A DNA stretch of 64,000 bases, from sequence record MF327006. One strand, 5' to 3'. Shown here piece after piece: positions 36,880 through 46,637 of the stretch. Within the stretch, counting starts at the first letter, position 1; the number at the start of each line of letters is the position of its first letter. Below the pieces are notes generated by a model. It was given only the letters and a program-made list of their open reading frames with translations. It was not told the origin of the DNA and searched no databases. The DNA is from Shigella phage Sf20. The position numbers and the translations under genes were made by a program.

Positions 36880-38036
36880 AGATATTTCCCGAATCGGTTG
36901 TAGTCATCGTCTGTTAAATCGGTATTAACCTGAGATACCAGATACATAATCTCTACTTCCTGCGCTGCATTCTGTACTTCGTCAGAGTTCAACCATTTAC
37001 GCATCCACGGTAACGGATGACGACGAACACTAAACGGGCTTTTCAGTCCGGCAGCACGCATACGGGAATCTGCCAGGTATTCTACATAGGTTTTCAGAAT
37101 TTCCGGTGACAGGTTAGGAATTGCCCCCATTGCGAATAGGTGGTCTACCCATTCTTTTTCTTGCTCGACAACATCCAGAAAGATTTTCGTTGCTTCGCCT
37201 TCAAGTTCTTCCGCAATCTGTTTCCACTCATCACCATCAACCCCCGTTTGCCATTGACGAATAATGTATTGTGTGCCTTTTAAGTGAAGTTGTTCATCAC
37301 GCGCAATAAATTTCATGATCTTCGCGTTACCTTCCAGTAAACCACGTTCGGCAAAGCTGAAAGTACATGCAAAGGACACATAAAAACGAATTGCTTCCAG
37401 TGCATTGACGCAGTGTGCACACAGATAAATCGAAGCCATCAGATCTCGTTTTGTATCTTCAAAAAATCTTCTTGCATCATCTAATGCTGTCTGGTCGTCT
37501 CGTTCTTCCCAATAGCGGAGATCTTCTTTTGCATTCTCATACTTACGAATCCAATAAAGAACATCATCATAATATTTCCCGATAGATTCCGCTCGCTTCA
37601 TGATAGCAGGGTTATCGATGATCTGGTCGAACTCACTAGCCGGATCAATGAAACAGTTACGCATAATGTGTGTATAGCTTCGGCTATGAATCGTTTCGCT
37701 GAATGTCCATGTTTGCAACCATGTATCGAGAGTTGGATCAGATACAATTGGACCAAATGCTGCGGACGGTGCGCGACCTTGAATAGAATCAAGTAATGTC
37801 TGATACTTCAAGTTTTCAGTAAAGAAACGCTTTTCAACGTCACCCATATTAAGATATTGAATGCGGTCGGTTGCAAGTGAAATTTCTTCTGGACGCCAGA
37901 AAAATGACAATTGCTTTTCGATCAGTTCTTCAAATACTTGATGACGCTGAATATCATAGCGAGCGATACCCAACCCACTACCCAGAAACATTGGTTCGTT
38001 CATAATATCAACATGTTCGCGGTTAAATACGCTCAT
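36876..38036 (-). CDS. nrdB: ribonucleotide reductase small subunit
   Basis: Di-iron/tyrosyl radical protein architecture, size 386 aa, synteny with nrdA. Confidence 0.85.
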   Translation of the reverse strand: MSVFNREHVDIMNEPMFLGSGLGIARYDIQRHQVFEELIEKQLSFFWRPEEISLATDRIQYLNMGDVEKRFFTENLKYQTLLDSIQGRAPSAAFGPIVSDPTLDTWLQTWTFSETIHSRSYTHIMRNCFIDPASEFDQIIDNPAIMKRAESIGKYYDDVLYWIRKYENAKEDLRYWEERDDQTALDDARRFFEDTKRDLMASIYLCAHCVNALEAIRFYVSFACTFSFAERGLLEGNAKIMKFIARDEQLHLKGTQYIIRQWQTGVDGDEWKQIAEELEGEATKIFLDVVEQEKEWVDHLFAMGAIPNLSPEILKTYVEYLADSRMRAAGLKSPFSVRRHPLPWMRKWLNSDEVQNAAQEVEIMYLVSQVNTDLTDDDYNRFGKYL

Positions 38037-38050
38037 TAATTCACCTCACT

Positions 38051-38218
38051 ATCACTTTTTAACACAAAAGAACTTAGTATTTCTGTTTATTTCGTTATCC
38101 TGTTGCAATTCCTGCACGGCTTCAAAACAGCTTTGATGTGATGAAAACTCCACGCTGGTAACAGTTCCTTTATTATATGATCCTACGCTAACGGAAAGCA
38201 ATAACCATAATGTAGCCA
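38051..38218 (-). CDS. small protein MATLWLL... (55 aa), tandem paralog A
   Basis: Hydrophobic N-terminus; paralogous to 38218..38391; TAATG coupling. Confidence 0.4.
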
Positions 38219-38391
38219 TTAGTTCACCTTTTGTTTTTCAACGCAATATAGATTCATAAAGCGTTTATTGTCTTCGCGGATAATCTCGCGAGCTTTAACG
38301 CAATCCTGCTTTGTTGCAAACTCAATGATTGACATATTTCCGTAATTATACATTGAATTGCTTATTGCAATCAATAACCATACAGTAGCCA
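38218..38391 (-). CDS. small protein MATVWLL... (57 aa), tandem paralog B
   Basis: Same architecture as 38051..38218 (MATxWLL, EF, C...C). Confidence 0.4.
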
Positions 38392-38559
38392 TTATCCTAC
38401 AACCTCAAAACATTTATCATCGGGAAGAATAACCCATTCTACGCCGTATTCATCCTCAACGTAGTAGCAAGTCCCATCATATCGAGCCTCATATACATTA
38501 CCGACAACAAAGCTATCAGCTAGCTCAAAATCTACAGCAACACATTTTAATTTGGTCAT
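38392..38559 (-). CDS. small hypothetical protein (55 aa)
   Basis: Internal start MTKLK with GAGGA RBS downstream of a promoter cassette. Confidence 0.4.
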   Translation of the reverse strand: MTKLKCVAVDFELADSFVVGNVYEARYDGTCYYVEDEYGVEWVILPDDKCFEVVG

Positions 38560-38627
38560 AATAAAATCCTCACTTGTTTTTGATGGTTGTATTATAGCGG
38601 GGATTTCTCCCCGCGTCAACACTTATT

Positions 38628-40871
38628 TTACAGCTTGCAAGATGAGCACTCGCTAGCGTCTTCCGTACCATCTGCACCGTCGCGAACGTTCGCATAATAC
38701 AGGGTTTTCAGACCGTAATATTGAGCAAACAACATATCATCTAACACATCAGCAATATCGACTTTACCAGTCTTATAAGTGCTTGGATCGTATGATGTAT
38801 TGGAACTAATCGCCTGATCCACAAACTTCTGCATGATCGCTGCCAGTGTCAGATAGGGCTTGTTACCTTTCTTGATCAGTGTCCAAAGCAGGTCAATAAC
38901 ATCAGCATTATTCTCTACGTTCGGAATAACCTGATTAAATTGCCCTTCTTTCGATCCTTTAACCGATACAATCCCGCGAGGCGGTTCAATACCGTTTGTG
39001 CTGTTAGATACCTGAGAAGACGACTCACAAGGCATCAGAGCCGAAAGCGTACTATTACGAATGCCATATTTTTTCAGGTCTTCGCGCAGTTCTTCCCAAT
39101 CCATCTCATACACAGGATCAACCAGTTCATCTACTGTCTTTTTGTACCAGTCGATAGGCAGTTCACCGCGTCCATAACGTGTTTCGTGCATCAGTTCGCA
39201 AGCACCCTTCTCTTTAGCCAGTTGCACACTAGCCTTAATCAGAGCATATTGCAAGCGTTCAAACGTTTTATGCGTAAACTCGTTAGCGTCTTCATATGTG
39301 AAGAAATTATCCGCTAGATATGACGCAAAGTTAGTCACACCAACACCCAGAGAGCGACGTTTTTTGGCTGTCAGAGCTTGTTCTACAGGATAATCCTGAT
39401 AATCTAACAGGTTGTCAAGTGCACGCACCATAACCATAGCAATGCGTTCTACTTCTTCCATGTTTTCGATATCGAAATTACCTAAAACATATGCTGCCAA
39501 AGTACATAGGCTAATTTCTGAATCATCACGACCCATCGGTTTTGTAGGCAGAGCAATTTCACAACACAGGTTAGATTGTTTAATCGGTGCTACATTACGA
39601 ATAAACGCCCCGTGATTGTTCATGTTGTCTGTGAACGTTGGGTAGATTCGACCAGTGTTAAAACGTTCAATTGCCACCGCTAAAAACAGGTCTTCGGCTT
39701 TAACACGAGTTTTACGAACACTCGGATCTTTTTCCAGTTTTTCGTAAAGCTGGCGGAAACCTTCCTCATCTCGGAAGTATAGATCCCACAACAAGCCACC
39801 TGCAATATCTGGACTAAACAGAGTAATGTAATCCCGTTTAAGGAATCGCTCTACCATCAGGTTATTAATCTGTACGCCGTAGTCAAGATGGCGAATGCGG
39901 TTATCTTCCACGCCCTTATTGTTCTTTAACACAATCAGACTTTCAAACTCTAAATGCCACATTGGGTAATAGAGTGTCGCTGCCCCGCCACGAATACCGC
40001 CTTGTGAGCATGACTTAACGGCAGTCTGAAAATGTTTCCAGAATGGGATAACGCCAGTATGACGAACTTCACCATGCCCGATCTTAGATCCTTCCGCGCG
40101 AATCATGCCAGCGTTGATACCGATACCAGCACGCTTGCTAATATACTTAATGATTGCATTTGCGGTTTCATTAATACCCTGCAATGAGTCATCACTTTCA
40201 ATCACCACACACGAACTAAATTGGCGTGTTGGAGTACGCACACCCGCCATAATCGGAGTAGGCAGAGAGATTTGCTTATTCGCAACAGCATTATAAAAAT
40301 CAATCACATGTTCAAGTCGATTTTCTGTCTCTTCTTGATGCAAGCACATACCGATCAGCATATACGCAAATTGCGGTGTTTCAATGATTTTCTTAGTGCT
40401 GCGATCCTGAACAAGATATTTCTCTTTTAACTGCATCGCACCAGCATAGGTCATTTTAAAATCAAGTTTATGGTCGATGAATTTCTCCAGATATTCCACT
40501 TCTTCACGGGAATACTTTTGCAGAATTTCGCGATCATATTTTCCGGTTGCAATATTACGCTCAATATGGCTGTAAAAATCAATCGGTTGGAATTGACCGT
40601 ATACTGATTTGCGAAGCGCGAACATTGCAAGGTTACTTGCTACATATTGATAATCGGGTGTTTCTACAGTGATGTTATCTGCGGCGACCTTAATCAATAC
40701 TTTCTGGATATCATTGGTAGACATACCTTCTGTCAGAAGTGGTTCAACCATATCAAACAATTCATATGGATCAACGTTATGACCTTCGGCTGCCGCTTCC
40801 AGAATTTTCATCACTTTTTCTTTTTCAAACGGAACAGTCAGACCGGAAGACTTAACAACATTTTTAATCAT
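38628..40871 (-). CDS. nrdA: ribonucleotide reductase large subunit
   Basis: 747 aa; N-terminal ATP-cone, catalytic NLCCEI and C-terminal Cys pair CSSC. Confidence 0.9.
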   Translation of the reverse strand: MIKNVVKSSGLTVPFEKEKVMKILEAAAEGHNVDPYELFDMVEPLLTEGMSTNDIQKVLIKVAADNITVETPDYQYVASNLAMFALRKSVYGQFQPIDFYSHIERNIATGKYDREILQKYSREEVEYLEKFIDHKLDFKMTYAGAMQLKEKYLVQDRSTKKIIETPQFAYMLIGMCLHQEETENRLEHVIDFYNAVANKQISLPTPIMAGVRTPTRQFSSCVVIESDDSLQGINETANAIIKYISKRAGIGINAGMIRAEGSKIGHGEVRHTGVIPFWKHFQTAVKSCSQGGIRGGAATLYYPMWHLEFESLIVLKNNKGVEDNRIRHLDYGVQINNLMVERFLKRDYITLFSPDIAGGLLWDLYFRDEEGFRQLYEKLEKDPSVRKTRVKAEDLFLAVAIERFNTGRIYPTFTDNMNNHGAFIRNVAPIKQSNLCCEIALPTKPMGRDDSEISLCTLAAYVLGNFDIENMEEVERIAMVMVRALDNLLDYQDYPVEQALTAKKRRSLGVGVTNFASYLADNFFTYEDANEFTHKTFERLQYALIKASVQLAKEKGACELMHETRYGRGELPIDWYKKTVDELVDPVYEMDWEELREDLKKYGIRNSTLSALMPCESSSQVSNSTNGIEPPRGIVSVKGSKEGQFNQVIPNVENNADVIDLLWTLIKKGNKPYLTLAAIMQKFVDQAISSNTSYDPSTYKTGKVDIADVLDDMLFAQYYGLKTLYYANVRDGADGTEDASECSSCKL

Positions 40872-40940
40872 ATTACCTCACTTCATATTTTAGCAGGAAC
40901 AAGTTTATCCTCCATATTGGGGGCTTTCGCCCCCCTTTGT

Positions 40941-42173
40941 TTATACTGCCATTTGAGCGGTGATTGCTGGATGGCTTTGATAGTTGTGAATTTTAAAGTC
41001 TTTCGGAGTCTTTGTCAATACCTCATCTAAAGATTTAAATTCCGGCAACTCAATTGTTGGTTTATCAAACGGAACACGGCTTAACTGTTCCATAACTTGA
41101 TCAAAGTGGTTTTTGTAAATGTGAGTATCTCCACCAGAGAAAATCAGTTCTCCTACCTCAAGATCACACATTTTCGCTATGATGTGAGTTAACAGCGCAT
41201 AGCTGGCGACGTTAAAGGGCAAGCCCAAAAAGCTATCTACGCTTCTCTGAAACCACATGCAAGATAGTTTACCTTCATTGACATAGAATTGCACGAAAGG
41301 ATGACATACACCTAATACAGCATTATGTGTTCCTTGTACGTTCCATGAGTCAATGATGATACGTCGATCCGTTGGATTGTTTTTAATTTGTTCAATCACG
41401 TTTTGTAACTGGTCTTCCCAAATCTTCGGGCGATAGACATATTCTTCATCGTCTTTAGTGCTCGATGTGTCTACGTCCATACTAGCAAAGATCGTGGTAT
41501 CTGGTGCTAAAATATCCCCACCCAGATAATCACTATCAAGCAGATAACCGAAATAACCATCATCTACCCATTCCTGGAATCCCCACAAGCAATATGCATC
41601 ATTAACAAAATTAGATTGAGTCTTCCAGTGATCGGCTACTAAGAATTGATTATATTCAGAATCAAACTCTTCATAACGCATACCACGCCAGATAGCACAT
41701 AAACGGTCTTCTGTGTCATTGGTTGGCGTAAAGTCTTCTACCCACGGGTGTTTAAATGTATGTGTATATTTGCTCTTAACGCGCTTAATTTTGATTTCAC
41801 CATGTGGATGAATCGGTTTGCGTCGCCACGCCATACCATACATATTGCCGACATTATAACCATTGAATCGCAAAGGATTCTTTTCTTTCATATCAAGACA
41901 GTTGCCGCGCCAAATGTCGAAGGCTTCTTCGTCAAACTTGCCGCGTGTAATTTCTTGTAAGCGACGGCGATCAAGTGATCCCTCCATAAACCATAGCAAC
42001 TCGCCAATTACAGAGGCTGTAGCCATCTTTTTAGTGGTCAGTAAGGGGAAACCCTTGCTTAAGTCAATTCGCATTTCTGCACCGAATTTAGAGAGCGTAC
42101 CTACCCCCGTGCGGTCTTCACGAGGCCAGCCATTATCAAGAACATCACGCAACAGTTTCAAATATTCTTTCAT
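40941..42173 (-). CDS. td: thymidylate synthase with ~100-aa internal insertion
   Basis: DRTGVGTLS, DRRIIIDSWNV, CHPFVQFYV, LPFNVASYALL; extra ~100 aa between WRR and DQLQNVIEQ. Confidence 0.85.
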   Translation of the reverse strand: MKEYLKLLRDVLDNGWPREDRTGVGTLSKFGAEMRIDLSKGFPLLTTKKMATASVIGELLWFMEGSLDRRRLQEITRGKFDEEAFDIWRGNCLDMKEKNPLRFNGYNVGNMYGMAWRRKPIHPHGEIKIKRVKSKYTHTFKHPWVEDFTPTNDTEDRLCAIWRGMRYEEFDSEYNQFLVADHWKTQSNFVNDAYCLWGFQEWVDDGYFGYLLDSDYLGGDILAPDTTIFASMDVDTSSTKDDEEYVYRPKIWEDQLQNVIEQIKNNPTDRRIIIDSWNVQGTHNAVLGVCHPFVQFYVNEGKLSCMWFQRSVDSFLGLPFNVASYALLTHIIAKMCDLEVGELIFSGGDTHIYKNHFDQVMEQLSRVPFDKPTIELPEFKSLDEVLTKTPKDFKIHNYQSHPAITAQMAV

Positions 42174-42408
42174 CCCACTTCCCCTTTTTCTTTGCTTTCT
42201 TACGCAGTTTTGCTACTGTCTCGCTAATGTTAATAAAAATATCGTCTGGACCGAATACAGTAACAGGTCTTGATATATCGCTATTTTCTTGTACAGGAAA
42301 CCATGACGCTTTCGATTCATCATAGAGATATTGCAACCCGTAAAGATCTTCTGCTACTGCGTAGTTTTCATGGGTTGCCGACCATAATCGAATAATATTG
42401 ATTTTCAT
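42145..42408 (-). CDS. hypothetical protein (87 aa)
   Basis: ORF between frd and td. Confidence 0.4.
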   Translation of the reverse strand: MKINIIRLWSATHENYAVAEDLYGLQYLYDESKASWFPVQENSDISRPVTVFGPDDIFINISETVAKLRKKAKKKGKWDERIFETVA

Positions 42409-42501
42409 TATTGTTCCCGTCCGCAGTGTAAACACCGACTACCAGCAAACATCAAAGATTCACCACAATGTTTGCACTCATAATCTGTCAGAATTTTCAT
42501 G

Positions 42502-43071
42502 TTACGCCTTCTTACGTTCTAAAATTTGTTCGCTGATCAGGTAATCATCAAGGAAGTAATTATGTTCTTCTTTTGTTGCAAAGTCAAAATATAATTCCTG
42601 AATCATTTCCTTAGAGATACCAACATCATATTCGAACGGATCATTAATTCCTGCTCGTTGAACATACGTTAACACAATACGGTCCGCAAAGTCAACCGCT
42701 TTTTCAATCAGGGAAGGTCCGCCGATAACACTTACCAAACCTTGCGTTTTCTCTAGGGCTTTTAACAGATCCTTCAATTCAATTCCAGTATACACATCAG
42801 GTTGGTCGCCGTTTTTAGCTTTCGGTTCTGGCTTGTTGGTATCGGTGCTAACAACCACATTCAAACGTCCCCAAAGTGCTTTAGGCAGACTTTCAAAGGT
42901 ATTGCGTCCCATTACTACCGCAGAAAAATCAACCTCGCCAATAGTGCGCATTTTAAAGTTTTCCATGTCCTTTTTGATTGGACGCCCCCACGGTAAACCG
43001 CCTTTAAAACCAAAAGCCCAATTTTCATCTGACATTTTAGTGTCACCAATCGCAAATACACATTGAATCAT
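42502..43071 (-). CDS. frd: dihydrofolate reductase
   Basis: GGLPWGRP motif and size 189 aa; synteny frd-td. Confidence 0.85.
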   Translation of the reverse strand: MIQCVFAIGDTKMSDENWAFGFKGGLPWGRPIKKDMENFKMRTIGEVDFSAVVMGRNTFESLPKALWGRLNVVVSTDTNKPEPKAKNGDQPDVYTGIELKDLLKALEKTQGLVSVIGGPSLIEKAVDFADRIVLTYVQRAGINDPFEYDVGISKEMIQELYFDFATKEEHNYFLDDYLISEQILERKKA

Positions 43072-43086
43072 AATATAAATCTCCCA

Positions 43087-43449
43087 TCAAATCAGTTTGA
43101 AATAGTTTTCGTTTACATTTTCTTCTGTGATTGCTGTCTTAAATTCTTGACCGTTATCCGGTGTGATGAAATAACGGTCAGAATAATCACGAAAACGTTT
43201 TAAGTGAGATACCCCAACATTAACACCATTTTCCCAAAAACGAAAGGTAATCATTTTTGGTTCATATCGATAGTCGCTGGTTAACACAGTACCATCACCG
43301 CGACGGGCTTCATAAACCGTAATACATTCACGATTAGCGGCTTTAAGACATTCTTCAATAGTGCCGCACGAGATAATACTTAATTTTTCATCTACGATTT
43401 GTTCTACAGTCCACATAATATAATCCTCTCTTTGTTTCGATATGTGCAT
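43087..43449 (-). CDS. hypothetical protein (120 aa)
   Basis: ORF. Confidence 0.45.
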   Translation of the reverse strand: MHISKQREDYIMWTVEQIVDEKLSIISCGTIEECLKAANRECITVYEARRGDGTVLTSDYRYEPKMITFRFWENGVNVGVSHLKRFRDYSDRYFITPDNGQEFKTAITEENVNENYFKLI

Positions 43450-43463
43450 TATACACTATTGCG

Positions 43464-44309
43464 TTACGCTGTCAACTCTTTTTCAAAAGATTTTACGATA
43501 TACATTAAATTTCTAATTTCGGACGGTGGGATTGTCTCTGTCCACCCGTCCGGCATAACTTTTTGCGATACGTGGCGTGTTTTATTACTAAGTTTTTGTC
43601 GAACAATACCCTCTAATTTTAGGGGTATGTTTCCATCTTTAGTTGTTAACGTATGGAATATAAAGTGACGAACGGAAGACACGCTGGATTGCTGTTTCAT
43701 CCTTTCCTCGGCTTTTTTGTTAGTGATTCCGAACTTATACCCGACAATACAACCCCAATTATCAACCAGTTTTTGTATATAAAAGGTTCCTGGTTTTCTT
43801 TTATCATAACCTCCTTTTTGAGTGGGACATTTCGGACACTGCATATCATCTAAAGATGCGACATATTTGCCATGAACGCAGCAATCCATACTTAGATTCT
43901 TTTCTCTTGCATTAATATACCCATTAATAAATCCATTGGATTTTACTTTTTCATTATGAGAACAAAATTCATCAATTCGTATATTTGCTGATATAACATT
44001 TTTTCTTCTCATTCGTTCCATCCAACATTCTTGACAACCACCTCCCCCATTTTTAAGTATATCGATAGTGGTTAATTTTTGCTTGTGGTTTGGATTTAAT
44101 CCACAAGCAATTTTAATTTTAGATCGTACACCAGACCACTCATAGAATCCCAAATATATCATATCTCCGCTTTTTATTTTTGGCGAATTTAATGCTTCAT
44201 TTTCAATCTCAATTGGAGATTTTGAATTATAGTAATGGATATATTCTATATCTTTAGCAAATCTGGTGTTCATTTTGTCCTCCGTTGTTTCTATGCTTGC
44301 ATTATACAT
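43464..44309 (-). CDS. T5orf172/GIY-YIG-like domain protein with Cys-rich N-terminal region
   Basis: C-terminal GTFYIQKL...VGYKFGITNKKAEERMK...GWTETIPP resembles T5orf172 (MUG113) domain; N-terminal CQEC and CPKC pairs. Confidence 0.45.
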   Translation of the reverse strand: MYNASIETTEDKMNTRFAKDIEYIHYYNSKSPIEIENEALNSPKIKSGDMIYLGFYEWSGVRSKIKIACGLNPNHKQKLTTIDILKNGGGGCQECWMERMRRKNVISANIRIDEFCSHNEKVKSNGFINGYINAREKNLSMDCCVHGKYVASLDDMQCPKCPTQKGGYDKRKPGTFYIQKLVDNWGCIVGYKFGITNKKAEERMKQQSSVSSVRHFIFHTLTTKDGNIPLKLEGIVRQKLSNKTRHVSQKVMPDGWTETIPPSEIRNLMYIVKSFEKELTA

Positions 44310-44328
44310 TATCTCGGATCAGTGTCAA
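44301..44328 (-). promoter_or_regulatory. early sigma70-type promoter
   Basis: - strand TTGACA, 16 nt, TATAAT upstream of 43464..44309. Confidence 0.45.
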
Positions 44329-44354
44329 CACCTTTTTCATAAAAATTTAGGCAA

Positions 44355-44381
44355 TAAAAAAGCCTCCCCTTCGGGGAGGCT
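44355..44381 (-). terminator. terminator hairpin after gene 32 (AGCCTCCCC-TTCG-GGGGAGGCT)
   Basis: Perfect GC stem followed by T-run on - strand. Confidence 0.6.
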
Positions 44382-44391
44382 ATAAAATTCA

Positions 44392-45366
44392 TCACATCGC
44401 TAACAGAGAGTCCAGGTCATCCAGATCAGAAGCGGAGGAAGTACCGCCACCCAGGTCCAGAGATGCCATCAGGTCATCAGCGGAAGAATCTAACGCCGTG
44501 CTAGCTGCATTAATACCAACTACAGTGCTAGCTGCGGTCATACCAGAATCGAATGCATTCATCTGTGCGTCAAAATCGTCAAGCTGGCTGTTAATCGCTG
44601 CCGCAGCACTGGAAGCCGCAGCACCAGCTACCATAGAAACGCCCATAGTTTTCTTAAATTTGGTTTCCAGTTCATCGAACGGTTTAAACTGGCTAGGCGC
44701 TACAATCTCACTCAGATCAACCATGTTTTCCATCAGATATTTCTGATATGCTTCGTCTTCAATTTTCGGAAGCTGTGATTGCTGCATGAAACGAGAATCA
44801 TCATAGTTCTGGTGTTTATCAACCTTCTTAGCTTTCAGGAGGAAGTTAGCACCAGAGAACACACAAGTTACATCGACCGGAACTTCGCCCATATCGGTAT
44901 TCACGTTAACCATTGCAACGATCTTATCATAAATTTTCTGACCGAAGCGGAATTTGAATACCTTACCTTCATTTTCTGGTGCTTGAGGATCTTTCAGTAC
45001 CAGAATATTTGCGTAGTAAGACGCTTTACGCTTAATCAGTTGCCATTCGGTTTTATCGGTATTGTACAGGTCTTTTTCGTTAATATATTTGCACACAGGG
45101 CAAGAATCAAAATCACCGTGGGTGCTGGAGCAGTTTTCCCAATACCATTTACCATTAACTTTGAAGGAATGGTTTACCAGTTTCACAATCGGCAGACCGT
45201 CTTCTGTCTTAGACGGCAGGAAGCGAATCAGTGCTTCACCGTTACCTGCTGCATCAGTCTTAATCTTCCACTCTTTCGGATCTTCTTTGGAGAAACCGTT
45301 GCCACCTTTCAGTGCGGCCAGTTGAGCTTGCAGTTTGGAAGAATCTTGGCGTTTAAACATATTCAC
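44392..45366 (-). CDS. 32: single-stranded DNA-binding protein gp32
   Basis: Extensive identity to T4 gp32 ([47 protein letters not shown]). Confidence 0.95.
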   Translation of the reverse strand: MNMFKRQDSSKLQAQLAALKGGNGFSKEDPKEWKIKTDAAGNGEALIRFLPSKTEDGLPIVKLVNHSFKVNGKWYWENCSSTHGDFDSCPVCKYINEKDLYNTDKTEWQLIKRKASYYANILVLKDPQAPENEGKVFKFRFGQKIYDKIVAMVNVNTDMGEVPVDVTCVFSGANFLLKAKKVDKHQNYDDSRFMQQSQLPKIEDEAYQKYLMENMVDLSEIVAPSQFKPFDELETKFKKTMGVSMVAGAAASSAAAAINSQLDDFDAQMNAFDSGMTAASTVVGINAASTALDSSADDLMASLDLGGGTSSASDLDDLDSLLAM

Positions 45367-45396
45367 TATTCCTTCTTTTGATTGATTTACTAGACT

Positions 45397-45424
45397 ATTA
45401 TACAGATTTAAATTTACTTGTCAA
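45397..45424 (-). promoter_or_regulatory. sigma70-type promoter upstream of gene 32
   Basis: - strand TTGACA, 16 nt, TATAAT. Confidence 0.45.
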
Positions 45425-46101
45425 CTATTTGTTTCGGCTTTTAATTGAGATATTTCTTTACACTCTTTAACTACTTTAACAAATAATGCTCTTGCTTTTG
45501 CGGCGTCAATAACAAGTAGTTTCTTGTACGCCTTCATTTTAACACTATAAGTTTGCCAAATCAAGTCTTTGGCTACCTTATCGTGTTCGTCGATTATATT
45601 TAGAAAGCTATCTAACAACATAAACGACTCAAACGATATAATCCGATTTTGCAGTAGTTTAAAAATACCGCTTGTTTCGGTTGCGGGATTATATGTAATT
45701 AGCTCTTTAAGAGTAACCCCGCGTTTCTCGGAGAAGTATACCAGACTTTTAATGTCATCGTCAAATCGTGTTGCTGCATCGGTTATCTTTCCTATGTATT
45801 CCATATAAAAGCCGTATGCGTCAACATCAGTGATTTCACCTACCCATGCATCGGTATTAGCTACCAGATTGCTTAGGAATAGGAAGTATAATTCTCTTAG
45901 ATTGTACTTTTCCGCTAATTTTGCGAAATAATACTTATCTCTGCGTTTATTGAATGCGGCATCAGACAACCGCATCCTCCAATTGTATTTTACGCAATCA
46001 TAACGCCCGTTCATGTGAGCTTTCATCATGCAATATAACATATACACAGATTTAGCATTAATTCGCATATCTGGATCTGGAGGAAGACGGTTTCTGATCA
46101 T
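45421..46101 (-). CDS. 59: gp59 helicase loader
   Basis: KSVYMLYCMMKAHMNGRYDCVKYNW...RRDKYYF...FLSNLVAN...SFLNIIDEHD match T4 gp59. Confidence 0.9.
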   Translation of the reverse strand: MIRNRLPPDPDMRINAKSVYMLYCMMKAHMNGRYDCVKYNWRMRLSDAAFNKRRDKYYFAKLAEKYNLRELYFLFLSNLVANTDAWVGEITDVDAYGFYMEYIGKITDAATRFDDDIKSLVYFSEKRGVTLKELITYNPATETSGIFKLLQNRIISFESFMLLDSFLNIIDEHDKVAKDLIWQTYSVKMKAYKKLLVIDAAKARALFVKVVKECKEISQLKAETNS

Positions 46102-46110
46102 ACATACCCC

Positions 46111-46365
46111 TTAAATATCGAGAGTGTTGGTCGGTTCGTCGATCACTCCCTTCCTGAGCGTTCTATTTACTATACATTCTTGTGTGATCTTGTCAATAAT
46201 GGACACCGGAATATACTTCTGATAGTGACCATATTCTATAGAGTTTTCCTCTACAAACTGAGTTGTCGCTTCAAGATAAGTCAATCCCTCTTCAACAACC
46301 AGTTTTTCGATTGCAAGACCGTTTGCTGTTTTATTCGCGGCTTTTACCGCATGTTCATTAAGCAT
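46111..46365 (-). CDS. 33: gp33 late transcription co-activator
   Basis: YLEATTQFVEENSI matches T4 gp33; synteny 59-33-dsbA. Confidence 0.65.
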   Translation of the reverse strand: MLNEHAVKAANKTANGLAIEKLVVEEGLTYLEATTQFVEENSIEYGHYQKYIPVSIIDKITQECIVNRTLRKGVIDEPTNTLDI

Positions 46366-46633
46366 TGAACACCCGATCATAGAGTTCTACCGCTTCATCG
46401 CGTTCTGCTTCGAAGGTTTCGCGCTGTTGCTGGTGATACAGTTTAAACAGAATGCCCCACATTTTACCATCTACGCCTAATTCTTCTTTAGCACGCTGTT
46501 TGATCTCTTTGATCTTATCGCCATATGCTTCTTGAATGGTTTTCTGATCGCTGGCTTCTTTAATCAGTTGTGCCAGGGTGTTTCCGTGCACTGCTTCGTC
46601 AAATACTACTTTTTCTTTTTTCTGTTCAGTCAT
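46358..46633 (-). CDS. dsbA: DsbA dsDNA-binding protein
   Basis: VFDEAVHG...IKEASD...AKEELGVDGKM...FEAE...VELYDRVF match T4 DsbA. Confidence 0.8.
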   Translation of the reverse strand: MTEQKKEKVVFDEAVHGNTLAQLIKEASDQKTIQEAYGDKIKEIKQRAKEELGVDGKMWGILFKLYHQQQRETFEAERDEAVELYDRVFNA

Positions 46634-46637
46634 AATA

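Noticed and set aside
36876-38036. Intron in nrdB as in T4
   Set aside because: nrdB is a single uninterrupted 386-aa ORF
40941-42173. Group I intron or intein in td, as in T4
   Set aside because: The ORF is continuous with no stop codons, and the inserted segment lacks intein splice-junction residues; it looks like a protein-level insertion
44779-45381. 200-aa + strand ORF antisense to gene 32
   Set aside because: Gene 32 on the - strand is strongly supported; the antisense ORF has no motif or translation signals
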